Positions 39,019 through 47,317 of a stretch of 64,000 bases of DNA are shown here, piece after piece. Numbering within the stretch: position 1 is the first letter of the stretch; each line of letters begins with the position of its first letter. The DNA comes from Candidatus Latescibacterota bacterium (GTDB lineage Bacteria > Latescibacterota > UBA2968 > GCA-2709665). A model generated the notes under the pieces. That model was given only the letters and a program-made list of their open reading frames with translations, ran no database searches and was not told the origin of the DNA. The stretch lies in contig OZ220733.1 of assembly GCA_965116875.1 (NCBI GenBank), positions 512,001-576,000 on the forward strand, in the 5' to 3' direction. The translations under genes were made by a program, and so were the position numbers.

Positions 39019-39771
39019 GTGACTGACGAAGAAAAATTCACCTTCGACCTGGAAGGCTACCTGGTTGTAAAGGACGTACTCACCGCGGACGAGATGAAGC
39101 CATTGAACGCCGTCGCGGACCGGGTCTCTTCCGAAGACGGCGGCCCGGGCATGAGTACGATCAGCCGCGTCTCTCAATGGGGCCCCGAATTTCAGGCACT
39201 GATGGACCACCCCAGGATCGTGCCGTATCTGATCGAGCTGCTCGGTCCCAAATTCCGCATCGACCACGACTACTGCATCTTCATGAAGAAAGGGGCGGCG
39301 CGCGGCGGGCTTCACGGCGGCGAAACCGACAGCGAGGCCGACCACTGGTACAAATATCGGGACGGTGTGATGCGCAACGGGCTGACCGTGGTCACCTACT
39401 TTCTCTCCCCCGCAGGAGCAGGAGACGGCGGGTTCGCCTGCATCCCGGGAAGCCACAAGTCCAACTTCATCGACCGGCTGCCCCGGGACGTGCGGCGCTT
39501 CGAACGCGACGCCCATTACGTGGTACAGCCCGAAGCGGACGCCGGAGACGCGCTCATCTTCACGGAAGCCCTTATCCATGGAACGCAGCCCTGGACAGCC
39601 GACTACGATCGCCGCGCCCTGCTCTACAAGTACAGCCCAGGACACTCGGCGTGGTCCCATGGATATTACGACCCTGAGGAATACAGGGGCCTGACGGACC
39701 AGCAGCGCCGTCTCATGGCGCCCCCATCGGTTGGACGACGACCGGATACCGTCGAAACCCGCGACACGTGA
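39019..39771 (+). CDS. PhyH-like Fe(II)/2OG enzyme
   Basis: GTG start (VTDEEKFTFDLEGY); LHGG (HxG), IPGSHK and FTEALIHG motifs. Confidence 0.85.
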   Translation: MTDEEKFTFDLEGYLVVKDVLTADEMKPLNAVADRVSSEDGGPGMSTISRVSQWGPEFQALMDHPRIVPYLIELLGPKFRIDHDYCIFMKKGAARGGLHGGETDSEADHWYKYRDGVMRNGLTVVTYFLSPAGAGDGGFACIPGSHKSNFIDRLPRDVRRFERDAHYVVQPEADAGDALIFTEALIHGTQPWTADYDRRALLYKYSPGHSAWSHGYYDPEEYRGLTDQQRRLMAPPSVGRRPDTVETRDT

Positions 39772-39886
39772 GGCAATCCGGAAAGGGTTGCAGTACAGAT
39801 CCTTGCAGGCGCAAGCCGAGGCGCACGACGTCTGTTTCCATCCGCTCGCGCGCCCGTTTCATTCGCGACAAACAGGAGAGTCCGCA

Positions 39887-41347
39887 ATGCCCGCACTCGA
39901 ACCCTGTCCGCTGTTCATCAACGGGGAATGGGTCGAATCCGGCCGCAATACGACGGAACCGGTGTACAACCCGTCGGAAGGAATACAGATCTCCGCAACG
40001 CCCATGTGCGGCGCAGATGAAGTCGACCGCGCCGTCAGGGCCGCGGGCGCTGCGTTCCAGGACTGGGCCGAAACCCCTGCCGTCGACCGCGCCCGGTTCA
40101 TGTTCCGCTTCAAGGAACTCCTTGAAAAACACTTTGAAGACCTCTCCCGGATCGTCACCCGTGAACACGGCAAGACCCTCGACGAGGCCAGGGGCTCCGT
40201 CCGGCGCGGTATCGAAGTCGTGGAATTCGCTTGCGGGGCGCCCTCGCTGCTGATGGGTGAGGCCCTGGAAAACATCGCACCGGATATCGACTGCGACACC
40301 ATCCGGCAGCCCCTGGGCGTGTGCGCTGCCATCACACCATTCAATTTTCCCGTCATGGTGCCGCTCTGGACCCTGCCCGTCGCCCTCGTGTGCGGAAACA
40401 CCTTCGTGCTCAAACCGTCCGAGAAGGTGCCCCTCAGCGCCATCCGCCTGGTGGAACTCGTGGCGGAGGCGGGCCTGCCCAATGGGGTTCTGAACCTCGT
40501 CCACGGGGGCCGCGAAGCCGTGGACGCCCTGTTGCATCATCCGGACGTACGTACCGTGTCCTTCGTCGGCTCCACGCCGGTCGCCCGGTACATTTATGAG
40601 ACCGCAACGCGCAACGGCAAGCGGGTGCAGTCCGCGGGGGGCGCCAAGAACTTTATGGTCGTCCTTCCGGACGCCGAACCGGACGCCACGATCGATGCGG
40701 TTATGGGTTCCGCGTACGGCTGCGCCGGTGAGCGGTGCATGGCGGGCAGCGTCCTCGTGTGCGCTCACGACGCCGCTGAACGGTTTCTGCCCCGCCTCAG
40801 CGACGCTGCGCACGGTCTGCGCGTTGGTCCCACCGACCGGGATGCCGATGCGGAGATGGGACCGCTCGTTTCCCCCGATCACCTTGAAAAAGTGAGGGGC
40901 TCCATCTGCACCGGTCTTTCCGAGGGCGCCGAGTTGATCGTGGACGGGCGCGAAGTGGCTGTGGATGCCTGCCCCAACGGCTTCTACCTGGGCCCGACCA
41001 TCTTCGACCGTGTAACGCCTGGGATGCAGATCGGCCGGGAGGAAATCTTCGGCCCGGTCCTGTCGGTAATGCACACGGACAGCCTGGACGACGCCATCGA
41101 GACCTGCAACAACAGCGGCTACGGCAATGCCGCGGTCCTCTTTACCGAAAGCGGGGGCGCCGCCCGCAGGTTCCGTCACCGCATCAACGCCGGGATGGTG
41201 GGCATCAACACCGGCGTTCCGGCCCCTATGGCATTCTTTCCATTCTCCGGCTGGAACAACTCCTTCTTCGGCGACCTGCACGTTCAGGGCCATGAAGGCG
41301 TTTCCTTCTTCACCCGTCAGAAAGTGACCATCAGCCGGTGGGGTTGA
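39887..41347 (+). CDS. mmsA: CoA-acylating (methyl)malonate-semialdehyde dehydrogenase
   Basis: ITPFNFP, KPSE, FVGST, GGAKN, GCAGERCMA, EEIFGP and PFSGW..SFFGD motifs. Confidence 0.9.
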   Translation: MPALEPCPLFINGEWVESGRNTTEPVYNPSEGIQISATPMCGADEVDRAVRAAGAAFQDWAETPAVDRARFMFRFKELLEKHFEDLSRIVTREHGKTLDEARGSVRRGIEVVEFACGAPSLLMGEALENIAPDIDCDTIRQPLGVCAAITPFNFPVMVPLWTLPVALVCGNTFVLKPSEKVPLSAIRLVELVAEAGLPNGVLNLVHGGREAVDALLHHPDVRTVSFVGSTPVARYIYETATRNGKRVQSAGGAKNFMVVLPDAEPDATIDAVMGSAYGCAGERCMAGSVLVCAHDAAERFLPRLSDAAHGLRVGPTDRDADAEMGPLVSPDHLEKVRGSICTGLSEGAELIVDGREVAVDACPNGFYLGPTIFDRVTPGMQIGREEIFGPVLSVMHTDSLDDAIETCNNSGYGNAAVLFTESGGAARRFRHRINAGMVGINTGVPAPMAFFPFSGWNNSFFGDLHVQGHEGVSFFTRQKVTISRWG

Positions 41348-41350
41348 ACA

Positions 41351-41620
41351 TTGAACAAACGCCTCCGGACAATCTTCCTCAACGTGCTCTCTCTGCCCAC
41401 GGCGCCCTTTCATGAAGACGCCGTCGCAGGATTCATCCGGAACATTGCCAGGCGGCGCGGGATCCCCATAACGGCAGACAGGTACGGCAACGTCGTGCTT
41501 CGGTACACGAAGGGGGAAAAGGCGGAGTCCGTCGCCCTCACCGCGCGCGTCGTGCGTCCGCTCCCGAATCCCGGAAGCGCGTTCGGGTACCGGGGCCTCA
41601 CACCGGTCGCGGTTCCTTGA
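41351..41620 (+). pseudogene. Truncated M20/M42 peptidase N-terminal fragment
   Basis: LSLPTAPFHE..V...D.YGNV...VALTA; similarity is lost just before the expected HxD metal motif. Confidence 0.6.
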
Positions 41621-41623
41621 ATT

Positions 41624-42889
41624 ATGCAATCCTACCTGCAAACCCTGCGCCTTTTCAACCGCGACGTCCGGCTGTACCTCGCGGCAACCATCCTCTTCGG
41701 CTTCAGTCTTTTCGGCGGCATCACCTCCCTGCTGCTCAACCTGTACCTGCTCCGTCTGGGATACGGACCCACGTTTGTCGGATGGGTAAACGCCACCGGC
41801 GCGTTCTCCTTTGCAGTCTGCAGTCTGCCGGCCGGGTTCATGGGGGCCCGATGGGATCCGCGTCGGGTCATGATCGCGGGTATCGGTATTGCCATCATCG
41901 GCAACGGTCTGCTTTCACAGGCTGAGCTCATCGCCCCAGGGGCCAGAGACGTCTTTATCATCGCGACCAATGCACTGGGGCTGCTCGGCGTGGCCCTCTA
42001 CATCGTCAACGGCGCCCCGTACCTGATGGGCGTTACCGGAGCGCGCGAACGCAACCACGTCTTCTCCATGCAGGGCGCCCTCTTCCCGCTGGCCGGATTC
42101 TTCGGAAGCTTCGCAGGCGGCATTCTGCCAGGCCGGATCGCGTGGCTGATGAACGTCGCCCCGTATCACCCCTCACCCTTCCGCTACACGCTGCTCGCCG
42201 CCTCCGCCCTGCTCATTCCGGCTCTGTTCCTTCTCGTCGCCATGCAAAGGCCTCAGGTCAGGCAACCGAGGGAAAACGCGGAAGAATCCGATGCGCCGTT
42301 CCCGCTGGGACTGATCGCGCTGATCGCGGTGGTCTCCCTCCTTCACGTTGCCGGAGAGGGCGCCGTTCGTACGTTCTTCAACGTCTACATGGATGCCGGC
42401 CTTCACATACCCACGTCCCTCATCGGCACGCTGATGGCCACGGGGCAGCTTCTGGCGGTGCCCGCTGCCCTGACCCTGCCGTTTTTCACCGGTCGATTGG
42501 GCAATCATCCCACCGTCGTGCTGAGCGCTTTCTGTACGCCCCTCATGCTGATTCCGATGGCCCTTCTTCCGCACTGGATTCCCGCGGGCTTCTGCTTTAT
42601 GAACATCGTGGCTCTGGCCGCCATCCGCCGTCCCGCCTTCGTCGTATATAATCAGGAAATCGTCCCCCCTCGATGGCGGGCGACAATGTCAGGCGCTTCC
42701 TCGATGATGGCGGGCATCGGCTACTCCGTGATCGCGATGGGCGGCGGTTACATTATTTCCACCACCGGATACCCAGCCCTCTTTTTAACCAGCGCCGCGT
42801 TTACAGCGCTGGGCACACTGGTTTTCTGGGCTTATTTTCGCACCCCGCGCGGCGAGTTCGCCCGGCCGCCAACAGGCAACCCATCCTGA
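41624..42889 (+). CDS. MFS transporter
   Basis: About 12 TM segments; LLNLYLLRLGY and ERNHVFS motifs. Confidence 0.88.
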   Translation: MQSYLQTLRLFNRDVRLYLAATILFGFSLFGGITSLLLNLYLLRLGYGPTFVGWVNATGAFSFAVCSLPAGFMGARWDPRRVMIAGIGIAIIGNGLLSQAELIAPGARDVFIIATNALGLLGVALYIVNGAPYLMGVTGARERNHVFSMQGALFPLAGFFGSFAGGILPGRIAWLMNVAPYHPSPFRYTLLAASALLIPALFLLVAMQRPQVRQPRENAEESDAPFPLGLIALIAVVSLLHVAGEGAVRTFFNVYMDAGLHIPTSLIGTLMATGQLLAVPAALTLPFFTGRLGNHPTVVLSAFCTPLMLIPMALLPHWIPAGFCFMNIVALAAIRRPAFVVYNQEIVPPRWRATMSGASSMMAGIGYSVIAMGGGYIISTTGYPALFLTSAAFTALGTLVFWAYFRTPRGEFARPPTGNPS

Positions 42890-42901
42890 AGGAGACCCGC
42901 G

Positions 42902-43795
42902 ATGAAATATCGAACCCTCGGAAAAACCGGGCTGCGCGTATCGGAAATCGGCTATGGCGCGGCCCAGATCGGCAATGTCAACATGCCCGAAGACCGCGTT
43001 GAGGGGGCCCTCAATGCCGTTCTGGACGCCGGCATCAATTTCATCGATACGGCCGCCATGTACGGACAGAGCGAAGCCCGTATCGGCAAGTTCATCTCCC
43101 ACAGACGGGACGAATTCATCCTTGCCACGAAATGCGGCGACTACGTGGGGGAAACCGACGGTCAATACCACATCGTGAGGGACTACAGCAGGGACGGTAT
43201 TCTGCGGACGATCGACGAGAGTCGAAAAAAGCTGGATATGGACGTGATCGACATCGTCCAGTTTCACGGCCTGCCGGATCCGGACGATGACGACGAGGTG
43301 GCCTTCGAGGCGCTGCTCGACGCGAGGGAGAGGGGCTGGACGCGGTTTGTGGGCGTTTCGGCAGATGGACGCGCGGCCGCGGCTGCGGCCCGCCGTTGGC
43401 CCCTCGACACCCAGGAATTCACCTACAACATCCTCTACCAGGAATCCGCCGACGATCTCATGCCAACCTTAAAGTCTCAGGGGATGGGTACCATCATCAA
43501 ACGCCCCATTTCCAACGCCGTGTGGCAGCAGACGCAGCGTCCCAAAAGCGACTACATGGGCGGTCCCTGGGACCGGGCGCAGTCCATCCCGCTGGCCGAC
43601 CTGGCGGGAGAGATGCCCATTCTCGAATTCGTACTTCGATTCACGCTCTCGCATCCGGACGTCTGCACCGCCATCATCGGCTCAACCAATCCCGATCACA
43701 TCCGCGCCAACGTCAGGATCTCCGACGGGAGAACGCTGCCCGACGACGTCGTGCAGAGAGCGAAAGCGGCATTTCAGGCGCGGTTCAGCGCGTGA
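42902..43795 (+). CDS. Aldo/keto reductase
   Basis: YRTLGKTGLRVSEIG, IDTA.MYG.SE, ATKCG and DIVQFH motifs. Confidence 0.92.
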   Translation: MKYRTLGKTGLRVSEIGYGAAQIGNVNMPEDRVEGALNAVLDAGINFIDTAAMYGQSEARIGKFISHRRDEFILATKCGDYVGETDGQYHIVRDYSRDGILRTIDESRKKLDMDVIDIVQFHGLPDPDDDDEVAFEALLDARERGWTRFVGVSADGRAAAAAARRWPLDTQEFTYNILYQESADDLMPTLKSQGMGTIIKRPISNAVWQQTQRPKSDYMGGPWDRAQSIPLADLAGEMPILEFVLRFTLSHPDVCTAIIGSTNPDHIRANVRISDGRTLPDDVVQRAKAAFQARFSA

Positions 43796-43823
43796 ACAAC
43801 CCACTGCTCCGCCTTTGGCATTT

Positions 43824-43848
43824 GTAGGGGCAACCCTTGTGGTTGCCC
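43824..43848. repeat. REP-like palindrome (GTAG type)
   Basis: GTAGGGGCAACCCTTGTGGTTGCCC. Confidence 0.6.
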
Positions 43849-43987
43849 ATCTAACGACGAACATATCGCTCCAATGAAATCTGATCGCCCGGTATGCAAA
43901 TACCGGGCGATTGCGTTTAACATACTGAAAATATATGGAGTTATCAGTATCCAAGCAGGTCATATGCCGTTTTTCTTAAATTTCCAG

Positions 43988-44016
43988 TTGACATATGGGC
44001 CATCGAAGTGTATTAT
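43988..44016 (+). promoter_or_regulatory. Sigma70 promoter of the heme-uptake operon
   Basis: TTGACA-17 nt-TATTAT with a TG just upstream of the -10 box, within an AT-rich intergenic region. Confidence 0.7.
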
Positions 44017-44199
44017 TTTTCATGCGAATATTTGGCATATAAAACAAATAAAAATCATGCAAAACTATCGACGAACATGCATAATGATTGCCTTATATAC
44101 TAATTTATATCCGGGTCTACACCGATTATCAGGCGTGGAATCGATAAACCGCGTCGTTTGCGCGCATCACATTCGCGTGCCTTTGTGCAGGGAATACCA

Positions 44200-45093
44200 A
44201 TGATCGGACGGATCTTCGCGATTCTGTTGGGGCTCATCCTTGCGGTGGCCCCGGTTACGCGGGCCGGTACCGTGGTCGGCGACAGCAGCCGCTCCACTGC
44301 CTCGCGCGTCGTGTCTGTCGGCGGTTCGCTGACTGAAATCGTCTACGCCCTGGAGGCAACGGACGGATTGGTGGGAACCGATACGTCCAGTGGGTATCCG
44401 GAAGCGGCTACCCGGCTGCCCCAGGTGGGTTATCAGCGCCGGCTCTCTGCCGAGGGAGTGCTGTCGCTCAACCCGACGCTGATGTTGGCCACCGCCGACG
44501 CCGGCCCGCCCGCGGCGATTGCGCAGATCCGGTCCGCCGGTGTGCCGGTCATGGTCGTGCCGACTGCGCGAACCGCCGATGGTGTCAAGGAGAAGATCCG
44601 AACCGTCGCCCGGGCGCTGGGCCGAGAGGAAAAGGGAGAGGAACTGACGCGTAATCTCGACGCAGACCTGGCGCTGGCAAGAGAGTATGTCGCTGGAGCC
44701 GGCAAAAAACCAAGGGTTCTCTTCATCTATGCCCGCGGCCAGGGTACCATGATGGTGTCGGGTTCCGGCACGTCGGCAGACACGATGATTCAACTTGCGG
44801 GGGCGGAGAATGCCGTTTCCGGTTATGAGAATTACAAGCCGTTGACCGCCGAGGCGGTGGTTGCCGCTTCGCCAGACGTGATCCTCATGCTTTCGACTGG
44901 ACTCGAAAGCCTTGGCGGCGTTGACGGGCTCCTCAAAGCGCCCGGGGTCGCGCTCACACCGGCCGGGAAGAGCCGCCGGATCGTGGCCATGGACGGGCTT
45001 TTTCTGCTTGGATTCGGCCCGCGCACCGGAAAGGCTGTACTGGAACTGGCACGTAGGTTTCATTCGGATTGCGGCGTTTCCGAGGACCAGTAA
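44200..45093 (+). CDS. hmuT: Heme ABC transporter substrate-binding protein
   Basis: Signal peptide; GGSLTEIVYAL, VGYQRRLSAEG (heme Tyr ligand), YKPLTAEA and LGFGPR motifs. Confidence 0.9.
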   Translation: MIGRIFAILLGLILAVAPVTRAGTVVGDSSRSTASRVVSVGGSLTEIVYALEATDGLVGTDTSSGYPEAATRLPQVGYQRRLSAEGVLSLNPTLMLATADAGPPAAIAQIRSAGVPVMVVPTARTADGVKEKIRTVARALGREEKGEELTRNLDADLALAREYVAGAGKKPRVLFIYARGQGTMMVSGSGTSADTMIQLAGAENAVSGYENYKPLTAEAVVAASPDVILMLSTGLESLGGVDGLLKAPGVALTPAGKSRRIVAMDGLFLLGFGPRTGKAVLELARRFHSDCGVSEDQ

Positions 45094-45094
45094 C

Positions 45095-46225
45095 GTGAGT
45101 GTCACCGACGAGATTTCGTCCCGCGAGATTCCGATCATAGCCGACGCGGACGTGGTTGCAGTCCGACCGGACCGGCGGAAGAAACGCGCAACCGTGGTTC
45201 TATCCGGGTTAGGCGTACTGCTGGCCGGAATGACGGTGGCATCTGTCGGCGTGGGCGCGGTCGTTGTTTCTCCGGGGCAGATCCTGGCCATATTCGGCGA
45301 ACAGATCGGCCTGTGGCTGCCCTGGTCGTTTCAACCGCAGCAGGAGGCCGTTGTAACGGCAATCCGGCTTCCACGCGTGTTGCTGAATGTGCTTGTCGGC
45401 GCCGGACTTGCTGTTTCCGGTGCGGCGATGCAGGGACTCTTCCGCAATCCGCTTGCGGACCCCGGCCTGGTGGGTGTGTCCAGCGGCGCGGCTCTGGCCG
45501 CGGTCTGCGTGATCGTTATGGGCGCCACAGTGCTGGAGGGCTTCGCTTCGGCACTCGGGCTGTTCACGCTCCCACTTGCGGCGTTCGCTGGCAGCGTTGT
45601 CACAACCGTCATTGTGTACAGGCTCTCCAGCGCACAGGGTCGAACCGTGGTGGCCACGATGCTGCTGGCCGGAATCGCCGTGAACGCGTTGACCGGATCG
45701 GTAACCGGCCTGCTGACGTTTGCCGCAACGGACGAACAGCTTCGAAACATCACGTTCTGGAGTCTGGGCAACATGGGCGGTGCCACCTGGAGGTCCGTGG
45801 CCTCCGTGGCACCCTTTATCCTGATTGCCGTCGGTCTGCTGGTCCGGTACGCCAGGCCCCTGAACGCCTTTCTCCTGGGAGAGGCCGAGGCGGGGCATCT
45901 CGGGGTGCCGGTACAGCGCATGAAACGCGAGATCGTGGCATTGACGGCCCTTGCCGTGGGCGCGTCGGTTTCGGTCACCGGGATTATCGGGTTCGTGGGG
46001 CTGGTCGTACCTCACGTGCTCCGCCTTATCGTCGGTCCGGATCACCGCTACCTGATGCCTGGTGCGGCGCTGCTCGGCGCCTCCCTGCTGATGGGTGCGG
46101 ATCTCGCCGCGCGCACCGTCGTATTGCCGGCGGAGCTGCCCATCGGCATTGTTACCGCCATTGTCGGTGCGCCCTTTTTTCTCTACCTGCTGCTGCGCAG
46201 CAAGCGGGAGATGCAACTGTTATGA
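45095..46225 (+). CDS. hmuU: Heme ABC transporter permease (FecCD)
   Basis: IRLPR, QGLFRNPLADP, LGEAEA.HLG and ELPIG motifs. Confidence 0.9.
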   Translation: MSVTDEISSREIPIIADADVVAVRPDRRKKRATVVLSGLGVLLAGMTVASVGVGAVVVSPGQILAIFGEQIGLWLPWSFQPQQEAVVTAIRLPRVLLNVLVGAGLAVSGAAMQGLFRNPLADPGLVGVSSGAALAAVCVIVMGATVLEGFASALGLFTLPLAAFAGSVVTTVIVYRLSSAQGRTVVATMLLAGIAVNALTGSVTGLLTFAATDEQLRNITFWSLGNMGGATWRSVASVAPFILIAVGLLVRYARPLNAFLLGEAEAGHLGVPVQRMKREIVALTALAVGASVSVTGIIGFVGLVVPHVLRLIVGPDHRYLMPGAALLGASLLMGADLAARTVVLPAELPIGIVTAIVGAPFFLYLLLRSKREMQLL

Positions 46226-47085
46226 TGGAAGCGGAGGAAGTCTCTGTACATGCTGGCGCACAGGCCCTGCTGAATCGCGTGAGCATCCAGGTCCGGCCGG
46301 GCGAAATCGTCGCAGTCGTGGGGCCCAATGGGTCCGGAAAGACCACACTCTTCAGGGTATTATGCGGCGACCTGTTACCCTCGACGGGCGCGGTCTGGCT
46401 GGAAGGTTGGTGCCTCGAAGACTGGGCGTCGACCGAACAGGCACGAAAACGCGCGGTGCTCCCGCAATCCGCCGCCCTCGATTTCCCCTTTACGGTACTC
46501 GAGGTTTCGGTAATGGGCCGAATGCCTCACCTGGAGGGTTCCGAAGGCCCGAATGATTACGCGATTGCGAGGGCGGGCCTGGACAAAGCTGGGGTGGGTA
46601 ATCTGGAAGACAGGATCTACCCGACGCTCTCCGGGGGTGAGCAGCAGCGGGTGCAGTTCGCACGGGTCCTTACTCAGATCGGAGAGCGGCCGCAGGATGG
46701 GCGTCGATATCTTCTACTCGATGAACCCACGTCCAATCTGGATCTCGCGCACCAGCATCGGATCCTGTCCACGGCGCGCAGCTTCGCCTGTGAGTCGACC
46801 GGCGTACTGGCCGTACTCCACGATCTGAATCTGGCCGCTCAATACGCGGACCGCGTCCTTGTTTTGAAGGAAGGCGAAGAACTTACGACGGGTGAACCGG
46901 CGGAAGTGTTAACAGAAGGAGTCATCGAGCGTGCATTCGACGTCAGGGTACAGGTAATACCGCATCCCGCGCTGGACTGCCCGCTCATCGTCCCACTGCC
47001 GGACACATCCGAGATCAAAAGATCCGCGCCTGCTGCGGATGGCTTGAGGTTCGGACCCCAGCCGGGGACCGCGTTCGACAACTGA
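46222..47085 (+). CDS. hmuV: Heme ABC transporter ATP-binding protein
   Basis: GPNGSGKT, LSGGEQQRVQFARVL, LLLDEPT and HDLNLAA motifs; start overlaps the hmuU stop. Confidence 0.92.
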   Translation: MMEAEEVSVHAGAQALLNRVSIQVRPGEIVAVVGPNGSGKTTLFRVLCGDLLPSTGAVWLEGWCLEDWASTEQARKRAVLPQSAALDFPFTVLEVSVMGRMPHLEGSEGPNDYAIARAGLDKAGVGNLEDRIYPTLSGGEQQRVQFARVLTQIGERPQDGRRYLLLDEPTSNLDLAHQHRILSTARSFACESTGVLAVLHDLNLAAQYADRVLVLKEGEELTTGEPAEVLTEGVIERAFDVRVQVIPHPALDCPLIVPLPDTSEIKRSAPAADGLRFGPQPGTAFDN

Positions 47086-47110
47086 CGCGATCGACGGGTG
47101 TCGGAATTAG

Positions 47111-47270
47111 CAGCCCGTTGAAAAAGCCCATCCGGGCTACGGCCGGCCCTTGCGGTCGAAATACTGCGTTGCGCTCCCTCGCCGAATCGCAGGATGGGAC
47201 TCGGTCGCGCGCCTTGTCTTCGACCACAATGGCTCGGCCTCGCCTGCAGAGCGACTTTATCAACGGACTG
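47111..47270 (+). mobile_element. MITE family B, long copy (160 bp)
   Basis: Imperfect TIR CAGCCCGTTGAAAAAG / CTTTATCAACGGACTG; flanks TTAG/CTTG; ends shared with 22832-22915. Confidence 0.78.
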
Positions 47271-47317
47271 CTTGAGGTCCCGAGGCGAAGACGGCAGCTC
47301 TTTGATGGAGAGAATCG

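Noticed and set aside
38365-39771. 468-aa ORF as a sulfatase-PhyH frameshift fusion (also the 590-aa 45313-47085 ORF)
   Set aside because: The upstream parts are off-frame overlaps of complete genes. The real starts are at 39019 and 46222, and the upstream genes have normal C-termini.
44079-44098. Fur box upstream of hmuT (CATAATGATTGCCTTATAT)
   Set aside because: Only about half the positions match the 19-bp consensus in an AT-rich region. It is plausible but not supportable without a lineage-specific matrix.
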